Positions 17,599 to 25,469 of a stretch of 26,756 bases of DNA are shown here, piece by piece (position 1 is the stretch's first letter; the number at the start of each line of letters is the position of its first letter). Under the pieces are notes generated by a model that saw only the letters and a program-made list of their open reading frames with translations, was not told the origin of the DNA and did no database searches. Position numbers and translations under genes: made by a program. Origin of the DNA: a virus; IMG/VR virus record IMGVR_UViG_3300027628_000009, positions 65,742-92,497 of that record. One strand, written 5' to 3'.

Positions 17599-18264
17599 TT
17601 TTAAAATAAAAACTTTTAATTTTTTTCTTCCGAATTTAATTGCTTCATTATGTGTTGGTAAGAAAATGTCCATTCTATTACCTTTAATAGCACTTCCAGT
17701 GTCTTCAGCAACAAAAATTTGGTCTCCATATCCTTCTATCTTCAATCTAGTTCCCAATGGAATAACTGAAGGGTCAACGGCTACATAACCGTATTTAACA
17801 GGCTTTCCAGTGGCCGTGTTGTTTCCCCATGCACATGAAGTGTAAGCGTCTTGTTCGCAGTACGTATAAGCGCTGGCACTCACTGTTAATGTGCTGGTGC
17901 TAGTTGTAGTTGATTGTTGCTTCTCTTTAACTATCTTTTTAGCTTTCTCTTTTACCTTTTTCTTGGCTTCTTCTTTTCTCTTGGCTTCTTCAGCTTGCTT
18001 CTTTCTTTTTTCATCTACTTTTTTCTTGAGTTTTTCTGCTCTTGCTATATCAATATCGTTTAATCTCTTCTCAATCTGTTTGGTCATTTTATGTTTCTCA
18101 ACCATGCTGGCCATTCTCTTGATACTCCACAAACTATTTTTGGCTGGTTTCACGATATCGTTATTCATCAAATCCAAATCATTGTTTGGTTGTTCAATAC
18201 TGGCTTCACTAGGACTGCAACTTAATAGCATTGCGGTCACTATTGTTGATTTAATTAACATCAC
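17596..18264 (-). CDS. Exported 3D-domain protein (MltA-like/YocH-like lytic transglycosylase)
   Basis: N-terminal signal (LLSC, possible lipobox), charged coiled coil, ASAY..., TATG, VAVDPSVIPLGT, AEDTGSAIKGNRMDIF, A..FGRK. Confidence 0.9.
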   Translation of the reverse strand: MMLIKSTIVTAMLLSCSPSEASIEQPNNDLDLMNNDIVKPAKNSLWSIKRMASMVEKHKMTKQIEKRLNDIDIARAEKLKKKVDEKRKKQAEEAKRKEEAKKKVKEKAKKIVKEKQQSTTTSTSTLTVSASAYTYCEQDAYTSCAWGNNTATGKPVKYGYVAVDPSVIPLGTRLKIEGYGDQIFVAEDTGSAIKGNRMDIFLPTHNEAIKFGRKKLKVFILK

Positions 18265-18276
18265 TATCTCCTTTTT

Positions 18277-18311
18277 AAAAAAAAGAATGTATTGAGTAAA
18301 TCAATACATTC
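18277..18311 (-). terminator. Rho-independent terminator
   Basis: minus strand GAATGTATTGA-TTTAC-TCAATACATTC then T-run. Confidence 0.7.
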
Positions 18312-19341
18312 AGAAAATTTTGACAAGTTTTTTGACGGTTCTTCTTAATTGTTGATTCACGTAAGCTGAAGACCAATTATTATCTCTAGCAATATCACAA
18401 TCTCTTAATCCTGCTTTTACATCATTGAGAATAATAACTTCGTTTTTGCTTAACTTATTTTGTTGTTTAGCTTTCTCGATAACATTCTCTACATCTAGGA
18501 AAATATGATATAAGTCTGAATCCAATCTAGTCTTATCTTTCTTACTGCTCAACCTTAGAATTTCTCTAAAAACTTCTGTACTATTAAGTTCATTGTCTTC
18601 AAACCTATACTCTCCACCACTGTTACTGCTTGTGATGTTATAGCCGAATACTCCTAAGATAATATCTTTTGTATCAACCATATCTTTTTTAACAGAACTC
18701 TTAGCACTGGTTAGTAAGAACCTTTTTCCTTTGTCTTCATTGTCAATGCCATTTTCTGTATCTTCTTTTAGTTTTTTTAATTTGCCGGTAATCACTTTTA
18801 GGAAGTTGTCATAATCATTTAGGATATTTCCTAATTCATCTTCTCTCTTCAAGTCTTTACCTTCTATAACTTGCTTCTTCATTTTCTTTGCATTACTCTT
18901 AGTGTTTAAAAGAAAATCAATTACATTGTCGCTATTTGTACCTTCAGTAGTATTAAATTCAGAAATGTTCTTTTCTTTATTTACCTTTGTTTGGAACTCT
19001 AAAGGATTTGAGTAAAATTTATATTGAACACTGTCTTCTTCTTCTTTTCGTCTTTGTTTTTCTTCATCCGAATTCAGAAGGAAAGTTCCTAATTCTTCAA
19101 TATATTTGCTTACATTACTTTCTGAAAACAAAGTGTCTTCTGTATTAATATTTGAGTTGTAATATTCGTCAAAATACAATTCTAAGAAACTATTTTCATT
19201 CAACATTTTCTCAACACTTTGTTTTCTTTCTCTTTCAGAAGATACGCTATAATCTATTTTCTTTCTTAAATCATTGATAGTTAACCCATCAAGTGAACTC
19301 TTGAAGTCGTTACTTGCCATTCCTTTTCCCTCAACTCTCAT
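18310..19341 (-). CDS. Hypothetical protein with C-terminal sigma70 region-4-like HTH; candidate phage transcription factor (likely start ATG 19320)
   Basis: C-terminus LSKNEVIILNDVKAGLRDCDIARDNNWSSAYVNQQLRRTVKKL fits 'Ls.rE..il.....G....eIA.....s...V.......kkL'. Confidence 0.65.
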   Translation of the reverse strand: MRVEGKGMASNDFKSSLDGLTINDLRKKIDYSVSSERERKQSVEKMLNENSFLELYFDEYYNSNINTEDTLFSESNVSKYIEELGTFLLNSDEEKQRRKEEEDSVQYKFYSNPLEFQTKVNKEKNISEFNTTEGTNSDNVIDFLLNTKSNAKKMKKQVIEGKDLKREDELGNILNDYDNFLKVITGKLKKLKEDTENGIDNEDKGKRFLLTSAKSSVKKDMVDTKDIILGVFGYNITSSNSGGEYRFEDNELNSTEVFREILRLSSKKDKTRLDSDLYHIFLDVENVIEKAKQQNKLSKNEVIILNDVKAGLRDCDIARDNNWSSAYVNQQLRRTVKKLVKIF

Positions 19342-19363
19342 GTGTGTTTTTTACTTACAATGA

Positions 19364-19394
19364 GTTGTAGTGAAAAAGTTTTCATTGTGGGTCA
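19364..19394 (-). promoter_or_regulatory. Phage promoter motif copy 7 (CTACAAC variant)
   Basis: gttgtag 19364-19370 and tgtgggtca 19386-19394; directly upstream of the sigma4-like gene. Confidence 0.8.
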
Positions 19395-19398
19395 TTTT

Positions 19399-19797
19399 TT
19401 AAGAATTTTTAATTTCTTCCAATCTTTTCATTCTTGTTTTGAATCCTTCACGATTATGTCTAATAGCAGTTTTGAATACTAAATTAGAACCTTTCTTCTC
19501 AAAAACAAATTCTCTTTTACCAATAGTGAAAATATGTTTGTCCTTTCCAACGTTGATAATCCTCATGATTTTCTTATAACTTAAATCCATTTCAACACTC
19601 TTTTTGAAAGACATATTATTTCTAATTCCTATTCTTTCTACATAGCGCTCTATTGAATGTTCAGATATATAAATGAATCCGAATACAGTTGATAGAAATA
19701 TATTTCCTTTGTTGTTTTTGCGTAATTGATTTTGTTTAATCTCACTTAAAGACTGGTCTCTATGACCATTTTTCTTTTTATATTGTTGTGTTCTCAA
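19399..19797 (-). CDS. Basic hypothetical protein with 'H...R..ER' motif
   Basis: TTG start with GGAGG; ISEHSIERYVERIG...FVF......FKTAI. Confidence 0.68.
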   Translation of the reverse strand: MRTQQYKKKNGHRDQSLSEIKQNQLRKNNKGNIFLSTVFGFIYISEHSIERYVERIGIRNNMSFKKSVEMDLSYKKIMRIINVGKDKHIFTIGKREFVFEKKGSNLVFKTAIRHNREGFKTRMKRLEEIKNS

Positions 19798-19821
19798 TGT
19801 GTGTAACCTCCTTTTAATGGG

Positions 19822-19852
19822 GTTATAGATAAAAAGATTACATTGTGGGTCA
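19822..19852 (-). promoter_or_regulatory. Phage promoter motif copy 8
   Basis: gttatag 19822-19828 and tgtgggtca 19844-19852. Confidence 0.8.
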
Positions 19853-19862
19853 TTTACACAAC

Positions 19863-19892
19863 AAAAAAAAGAAGGGAAAGATTCCCTCCTTT
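19863..19892 (-). terminator. Rho-independent terminator after ligase
   Basis: minus strand GGAGGGAA-TCT-TTCCCTTC then T-run. Confidence 0.65.
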
Positions 19893-19894
19893 AA

Positions 19895-21184
19895 TCATTC
19901 ATATGAAACTTCTTTTCCTTCTTCTCTCAATCTAGCAAACACTGGAAATCTAAGACTTACTCCACCTTTTTTATTTTCTGTTTGCTCAAAGAATTTAACT
20001 TCTATCACACGACCAATTAATTCTTCTCTTTGCTCCCAAAATTCAATTTGTTCATCATGCTTGTGAACTGGAACACTCAATGAGTTTCCTTTGTAATCGA
20101 CAGTGAATGAACCCATCTTATTTTTATGTTTATGTTCTTTATAACCAGTAACTTCTAAATCCGCAAAGTAAAACTTCTTAACTTTCAGCACTGCTTTACT
20201 TCTTTTGATTTCATAAAGACCACTTACAGTGTTAATCATTAATCCTTCTTTTTTAGCTTCAAGAACACTATTCAATAATGGTTCAATGACTGATTCATCT
20301 GTACCAATATAAAGAGTTGTGATTGGCTTAATGAACTTTAATTCTTCTACTGTTGTTCTATCTACATTAAAGAAATAAATAGCGTCAAATCTAGCCATAC
20401 GTTGAGTATAAACATCTTTAGACTTTCCATCATTAAATTCATCTAGAGGTAAATTATCAAATACATTAAATGATATATCTCTTTTTTCACCGTCTGAATT
20501 CACAATGCTTGCAGTCTTTCTATAAATCTCGCTTGAAGATAAATCTTCATATGTCATATATAATAATTCTCCACAATACACATGATTCTTAGGAAGTGTT
20601 TTGAACTCTTCTTCCAGTTCAATCAGACCTTCGATTACTTCACCTTGTCTAGAGATAAATTCAACACCGTTGTCAGTATTAATTGCTACACAATGAATTC
20701 CATCTTCTTTAAGCGTGATAGCGAACTCTTCACCTATTGGTTCACCTTTATATCTAGACGCTCTCATAACGTCAAATTCAGCGATTAAATCATATCCAAG
20801 AGCCTTATTGATAGTCTTGCTTGTAATGCCTACTTTAACGTCTTTAGTGACTAATCCATTGATGAATTCTTTTTCCTTGAAAGTTTCTAATCCTTCTATA
20901 TAAGATTGGATATTGATAATAACTTCATCCGTTCCAGTTGGATTGTTCTTCAAGTAATCCATTACTTCATTAATAGTTTTAATTGGAAATGTTGCTTCTT
21001 TTCCTTCTTTAACTTTCTTGTTTAATTTCTTTCTAGATAGTCCAGTCAATACTTTTGGATTATAGATAAAGTTCAATACATTAACAAAAGCTGAATTCCC
21101 TTTGTGTTTTTCAACGATTGCTTTCTTACCTGTCTTGCTTGGTTCTGCACCGATTTCATCAAAAATTGCGATTAAGTTTTTCAT
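19895..21184 (-). CDS. lig: ATP-dependent DNA ligase
   Basis: motif I KEDG, SRQG, CGEL, FNVFD, KEGLMI, LKVKKF, SLRFPVF. Confidence 0.92.
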   Translation of the reverse strand: MKNLIAIFDEIGAEPSKTGKKAIVEKHKGNSAFVNVLNFIYNPKVLTGLSRKKLNKKVKEGKEATFPIKTINEVMDYLKNNPTGTDEVIINIQSYIEGLETFKEKEFINGLVTKDVKVGITSKTINKALGYDLIAEFDVMRASRYKGEPIGEEFAITLKEDGIHCVAINTDNGVEFISRQGEVIEGLIELEEEFKTLPKNHVYCGELLYMTYEDLSSSEIYRKTASIVNSDGEKRDISFNVFDNLPLDEFNDGKSKDVYTQRMARFDAIYFFNVDRTTVEELKFIKPITTLYIGTDESVIEPLLNSVLEAKKEGLMINTVSGLYEIKRSKAVLKVKKFYFADLEVTGYKEHKHKNKMGSFTVDYKGNSLSVPVHKHDEQIEFWEQREELIGRVIEVKFFEQTENKKGGVSLRFPVFARLREEGKEVSYE

Positions 21185-21218
21185 AATAAAAATCCTCCCT
21201 AATGTTAGTTACAAATGA

Positions 21219-21249
21219 GTTGTAGTTAATTAGGAAGGATTGTGGGTCA
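21219..21249 (-). promoter_or_regulatory. Phage promoter motif copy 9 (CTACAAC variant)
   Basis: gttgtag 21219-21225 and tgtgggtca 21241-21249; upstream of ligase. Confidence 0.8.
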
Positions 21250-21266
21250 TTTTTTATAAAGTTTTT

Positions 21267-21527
21267 TTATTTATTTTTTACTAGATAGCCTTCAAGTTCC
21301 CAAATCTTATCAACAATCTTATTGATACAAATTTCTTGTCCGACTTCTTCACTGAAATTATCAACGTCTACACATGTTGTTGTTTCAGTAATTACATAAC
21401 CACTTGGCAATTTACATGATAGAACATAAACCTGTCCATGTAATACCGTTTGCTCAAACTTTGCGTTGTCTATTAATTCTTGTACTTTTGATTGTTCTAC
21501 TACTTTACTCATTAATAATCTCTCCAT
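21267..21527 (-). CDS. Phage gp49/gp66-family protein
   Basis: L.SGYVI.....CVD..NF.EEVG.EIC......KIWELEGYL signature. Confidence 0.8.
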   Translation of the reverse strand: MERLLMSKVVEQSKVQELIDNAKFEQTVLHGQVYVLSCKLPSGYVITETTTCVDVDNFSEEVGQEICINKIVDKIWELEGYLVKNK

Positions 21528-21984
21528 TGTCTTTAATTTTAACTACATTAGTAAATCCTTCTGTCTTTGATGGGAAGCTATAATCTAAATACATGCTTCT
21601 TAATGCGTCTTCAGGAACCTTTGTCTTAGCGTCTCTCAATGCGTTTCTTGATTTGAGAGTTTCCCATTCAACATCAAAGTAAACTGCAACAGTGGCCGTT
21701 TTAAACTGTTTACCAATCTCCAAGATACGTTCCCTTGATAATCTTGTAAGATGTGTTGCGTCTGCTACTACACTTTCACCATTCATTAGCTTTCCTTTAA
21801 TCTTGTCAAAGAAAGCGTTGCGAACTCTTTCATGCGCTTCAGGTGTATATTTTGTTTCCTTAATTTGATTTCTCACTTGGTCTCTACTGATTAGAGTTGC
21901 TTCTAGTTTATCTGCAAGTTGTTTTGAAACTGTACTCTTGCCACTAGCCGGCACTCCACACATTACTATTAATTGTTGGCTCAT
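21505..21984 (-). CDS. AAA_33 P-loop kinase (polynucleotide-kinase-like domain)
   Basis: MCGVPASGKST, ISRDQVR, VVADATH, RN..R, P...EGF. Confidence 0.85.
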   Translation of the reverse strand: MSQQLIVMCGVPASGKSTVSKQLADKLEATLISRDQVRNQIKETKYTPEAHERVRNAFFDKIKGKLMNGESVVADATHLTRLSRERILEIGKQFKTATVAVYFDVEWETLKSRNALRDAKTKVPEDALRSMYLDYSFPSKTEGFTNVVKIKDNGEIINE

Positions 21985-23180
21985 TGTTCAATACTCTCCA
22001 AGAATCTAATATTGTGGATTGTTTCAAGTCCATCTTCATCAAAGATAAGAAGTTTTTGAGCCGGCTTAGAACCTTTTCTAATAGTCAATGCATATTCATC
22101 TGTACCACATAAAGAATTGTTCACAATGAAATCAGTGAATTTACTAATCTCTTTCATGAAAGTGTGATGATAGTGACCAACAATAATATAATTGAATATC
22201 GTTCCATAAGTATCATTTAATACTTGTGGGTTCCCTAGACGTTCATAATTACCGTGCGCCAATGCAATCTTACTTCCTAAGATTTCAGTGATGATAACAC
22301 CGTCTTTGTCTTGTACATAAGTGATGTTGTTGAAATCTCTTAGTCGTTCTTTAAGCCACCATACAATGAAATACTCAAAGTTGTCTTTGATATGTGCGTC
22401 TTCTTTCTTATTAATAGTCCGGCCATGATTACCTACTACACTATAAAGAACCACTTCTTCAAACTCTCTTGCTATTTCTGCAATAGCTTCAGCAAGAATT
22501 TCTGACACTTGCATAATTTGTAGACCAACTTCTATTTCATTATTTACTCTTGTTGAGATATGAATTTGTCCGTTGACGATATCTCCAAGCTGACCAATGT
22601 GAATCTTATTGATTCCTTTTTCTTTGCTATATTCAATAGTTTCATATACTAATTTCTTAATGCGCTCTTTTGCTATCTCACGGTTATAGACATTCAAGTG
22701 ATTTTCAGTATCTTGTCCATAGTGCCAATCAGACCACAATGCTAAAGCTTCTCTAGTTTTGTTAGTTACAATATTCTTGGGTTGTTCCCCAACAAATAAC
22801 GGCTCAAGCTTTTTAGCTTCCAGCAACATTTCTTCTATAAGAACTTCAACTCTTGCTTCTACTCTATCCAAGTATCTGTTCTGTCTTCTAGCGTCTTGAA
22901 GCTTAACTCTCTCCTTGAATAGTTCTCTCTTCTTTTCTTCAATCTCCAAGAGAATTTCTTCATGACTGTCTTGTACAGAATCAATTAACTTCTGCTCATA
23001 GTGTTTCTTGGCTTCAATAGAACCGTATGCAGTCTTCCTCAAATGGTCTCCACTACTTTCTAAACCTAGCAGTTCAACCAGTTCAGACCAATCTATATCA
23101 ACTTCTTTATTGAGTTTGCTTTCAAGAATCCTATACTTCCAGTCGAGAAAGTTTTCTCCTTCTCTTCTTTTTAAGTCCAA
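21981..23180 (-). CDS. Calcineurin-like metallophosphoesterase / nuclease with N-terminal helical extension
   Basis: SDWHYG, LGDIVNG, GNHGR, AHG, GHYH motifs; TTG start with GGAGG. Confidence 0.85.
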   Translation of the reverse strand: MDLKRREGENFLDWKYRILESKLNKEVDIDWSELVELLGLESSGDHLRKTAYGSIEAKKHYEQKLIDSVQDSHEEILLEIEEKKRELFKERVKLQDARRQNRYLDRVEARVEVLIEEMLLEAKKLEPLFVGEQPKNIVTNKTREALALWSDWHYGQDTENHLNVYNREIAKERIKKLVYETIEYSKEKGINKIHIGQLGDIVNGQIHISTRVNNEIEVGLQIMQVSEILAEAIAEIAREFEEVVLYSVVGNHGRTINKKEDAHIKDNFEYFIVWWLKERLRDFNNITYVQDKDGVIITEILGSKIALAHGNYERLGNPQVLNDTYGTIFNYIIVGHYHHTFMKEISKFTDFIVNNSLCGTDEYALTIRKGSKPAQKLLIFDEDGLETIHNIRFLESIEQ

Positions 23181-23213
23181 CTCTATTTCCTCCTTTATAC
23201 TTGTTTCAAAGGA

Positions 23214-23244
23214 GTTATAGATAATTGATTTTAATTGTGGGTCA
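23214..23244 (-). promoter_or_regulatory. Phage promoter motif copy 10
   Basis: gttatag 23214-23220 and tgtgggtca 23236-23244. Confidence 0.8.
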
Positions 23245-23370
23245 TTATTCTGAAAATTTTTACATTGGTTAAAATTCCCTATGACTTATTTAAAGGCCGA
23301 TATAAGCCGGCATAGATATAATTGGTGTGTTGGGTCTAGTTCTAAATTAAAAGGCCATACAAGTTTGTTT

Positions 23371-23434
23371 AATACCCCCCCACCCCTATCCTATCCAATA
23401 CCCCCCACCTAAACCCCCTGTCGAACCCCCACCC
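23371..23434 (-). repeat. G-tract cluster (G-quadruplex-competent), includes AATACCCCCC(C)ACC x2 on plus strand
   Basis: C-runs of 7,4,6,5,5,3 within 60 bp. Confidence 0.7.
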
Positions 23435-24520
23435 TCAAATCAATTTTCAAAATCATTTTTCAAATTCATTTTTCGGATTTATTTTGAACTGGAAAAGTTT
23501 GATGAAAAAAGTTTTGAAAGTTCCAAGAAAAAGCGTTTAAAATTGTTTTAAACTTTTCAGAAAAAATCTCCAAAAAAATAAGCCACAAATTCCAGCAAAA
23601 TTTTTAGCTGAATTCATGGCCATTCACACACATATTTATATGAAAATGCTCAAGTAAAATCGGACTTTTATTTGGGAAATTGAGCCTGATTTAAAGTTTT
23701 GAAGCAAATCAAAAACAAAGTTGAAATGTTTAAAGTAGTTTTAAAGAATCAAAAACGTTTAAAACAAAAATCAGAAATAGTTTTCCAAAATAAAAAGGCC
23801 ACAACTTTTTTGTTTGTGGATTGATTGAATTAAAATTAAATTGATTTGCTGAAACCAAGAATGTTTTGAGTTGAAAAGTTGATGGATTTCTAAAATTAAA
23901 AATGAGTGGATTTTTGAAATAAGAAGTTTAGTTGGTGAATCCTTAAATTAAAAAATGTCTGTTTTTTGAATTAAGAAAGAAGTTTTTGTTGTGGTAAATC
24001 AAAATGAAGGAAGTTTTGAAAATAAAAAAAATCGACAAATTTTTTCACAATTTTTTCGTGCGAAAATTTTTGCGACACACACACGCACCCACGCGCGCAC
24101 ACGTATACAGGTTGCAGGTACTTTTTGCTTCCTCCGGCCAGCCCTGATTCCGACTTCCAAACCAAAAAAGGAAGTGTGAACAAATTCCTTGATTTTTGCT
24201 GATTTCAGATTTGTCAGACAATTTTGAAACATTCCTAATTCTGCTGAAACTCAATTTGTCAAGCTTTTTTTGAAACCGACAGTTACCACAAAATGGTAAA
24301 ATAATTTCCAATTATCCCATGTATAAAAGGAAGGAAAAAACAGTCTAAATGAGAATGACAACAGACAGGCAGGAAGATTCTAATTCACTGACAATTCAAA
24401 CAGTTCAGGCATACTGTATAAATAGTCATTTTGTCGCTTGCTCTTTACTACTATTTAATGATATCATGATATGATAGTTTAGTAAAAAAAGTATTGACTA
24501 ATTACAACACTTATGATTTT

Positions 24521-24567
24521 TAAATGTTACATTTAACATTTTACTAGAATAGTAAATGTTACATTTA
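24521..24567. repeat. Two identical 15-bp palindromes TAAATGT-T-ACATTTA, 32 bp apart
   Basis: 24521-24535 and 24553-24567. Confidence 0.75.
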
Positions 24568-24623
24568 GATAAATTCAATCTAAGAGCCTTTATAAGCCGT
24601 TTAAGAGCCTTTAACCTATTGGT

Positions 24624-24824
24624 GACTTATACCATTCAAAACTTTTTAAAACGTCTTACAAGGCAATTATGAAAGCCGTTTTTCGTTTACGGCTCTAAAA
24701 TCATGTGTTGGTCATGGCTCTAAACGCTCCAAACGCTCTAAGACTTCATACAAAGCCATTATAAGGCTTTAGTATTCCTGCGACTTATACCATTCAAAAG
24801 AAATTTAAAAGCCGTACAAGGCAA
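24624..24824 (+). repeat. Imperfect direct repeat GACTTATACCATTCAAAA...TTTAAAA....TACAAGGCAA x2
   Basis: copies start at 24624 and 24782 (158 bp apart). Confidence 0.75.
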
Positions 24825-24955
24825 AATAAAACGGTTACATTTTGAGCATTTTGAGCAATCCTATTTTGATTATTATATCTATTCAGAAAGTTTTTTATTT
24901 TCAGATAATTTTCGGTTCCAATAATAACTAATTATTCTGAAAATTTAGAGTAAAT

Positions 24956-24983
24956 AAAAAAAGAGAATCAATTAAGATTCTCC
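24956..24983 (-). terminator. Rho-independent terminator closing the right-hand gene block
   Basis: minus strand GAGAATC-TTAATT-GATTCTC then T-run. Confidence 0.7.
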
Positions 24984-25127
24984 TAAAATTTTCCTTAGTT
25001 CTTCTATTGTCAAATGTATTTGCCTAATATCCTTTTTATTCCAGCTTAATTGTTCTATGGTAATAATTCCCTTTTCTTCCTTGTATCTAGTATCTTCATT
25101 AACAAATACAAATTTATCCATTGTCAT
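24972..25127 (-). CDS. Small hypothetical protein (51 aa)
   Basis: Hand-read MTMDKFVFVNEDTRY...LTIEELRKILGES*, AGGAG RBS. Confidence 0.6.
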   Translation of the reverse strand: MTMDKFVFVNEDTRYKEEKGIITIEQLSWNKKDIRQIHLTIEELRKILGES

Positions 25128-25133
25128 TTTCTC

Positions 25134-25463
25134 CTATTCGTGAATTGTATAATCTTGGATATTTACAATCTTATATCCTTCTTCTTCCAGCCTATCGCCT
25201 AATGATTCCGATAACGGGCAAACCGTAAAACTATCCCATTGGATATGATTTACAAAATGTTTTGGACTGACAAAACCACGAATAGCGCTCTCGCCTGAAT
25301 TCAAATAGTCCATTCCTGCGACTAATTCCAAATGGTAAACCAGTGTATAACTTGTGTCTTGTGCTTCTGTTACGCTGGTAACTTTATAAATGAATTTGTC
25401 GTGTTCGTCTTCCTTCATCACATGAACATTAGCGTTAATTTCTATTTTTTCCCACATTTCCAA
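25134..25463 (-). CDS. Hypothetical protein
   Basis: 109 aa, GGAGG RBS. Confidence 0.68.
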   Translation of the reverse strand: MEMWEKIEINANVHVMKEDEHDKFIYKVTSVTEAQDTSYTLVYHLELVAGMDYLNSGESAIRGFVSPKHFVNHIQWDSFTVCPLSESLGDRLEEEGYKIVNIQDYTIHE

Positions 25464-25469
25464 ATCCTC

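Larger units (their letters stand above)
23250..24955. other. Long structured non-coding region (candidate genome terminus/packaging site or replication origin)
   Basis: No credible ORF over ~1.7 kb; C-tracts, phased A/T tracts, RY tract, palindromes, direct repeats. Confidence 0.55.

Noticed and set aside
911-23244. The 10 repeats as a CRISPR array or mobile-element ends
   Set aside because: Dispersed, bipartite with variable middle, strictly oriented upstream of genes; no spacers, cas genes or target duplications
23410-23435. GGTTCGA on the minus strand as a tRNA T-loop
   Set aside because: No complementary T-stem or cloverleaf; flanked by G-runs on both sides
23971-24311. Four short overlapping ORFs in the non-coding gap
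   Set aside because: Arise from the stop-poor RY tract; no RBS, atypical composition
24494-24520. Plus-strand sigma-A promoter TTGACT...TATGAT
   Set aside because: Spacing is 12 nt rather than ~17 and no downstream plus-strand gene
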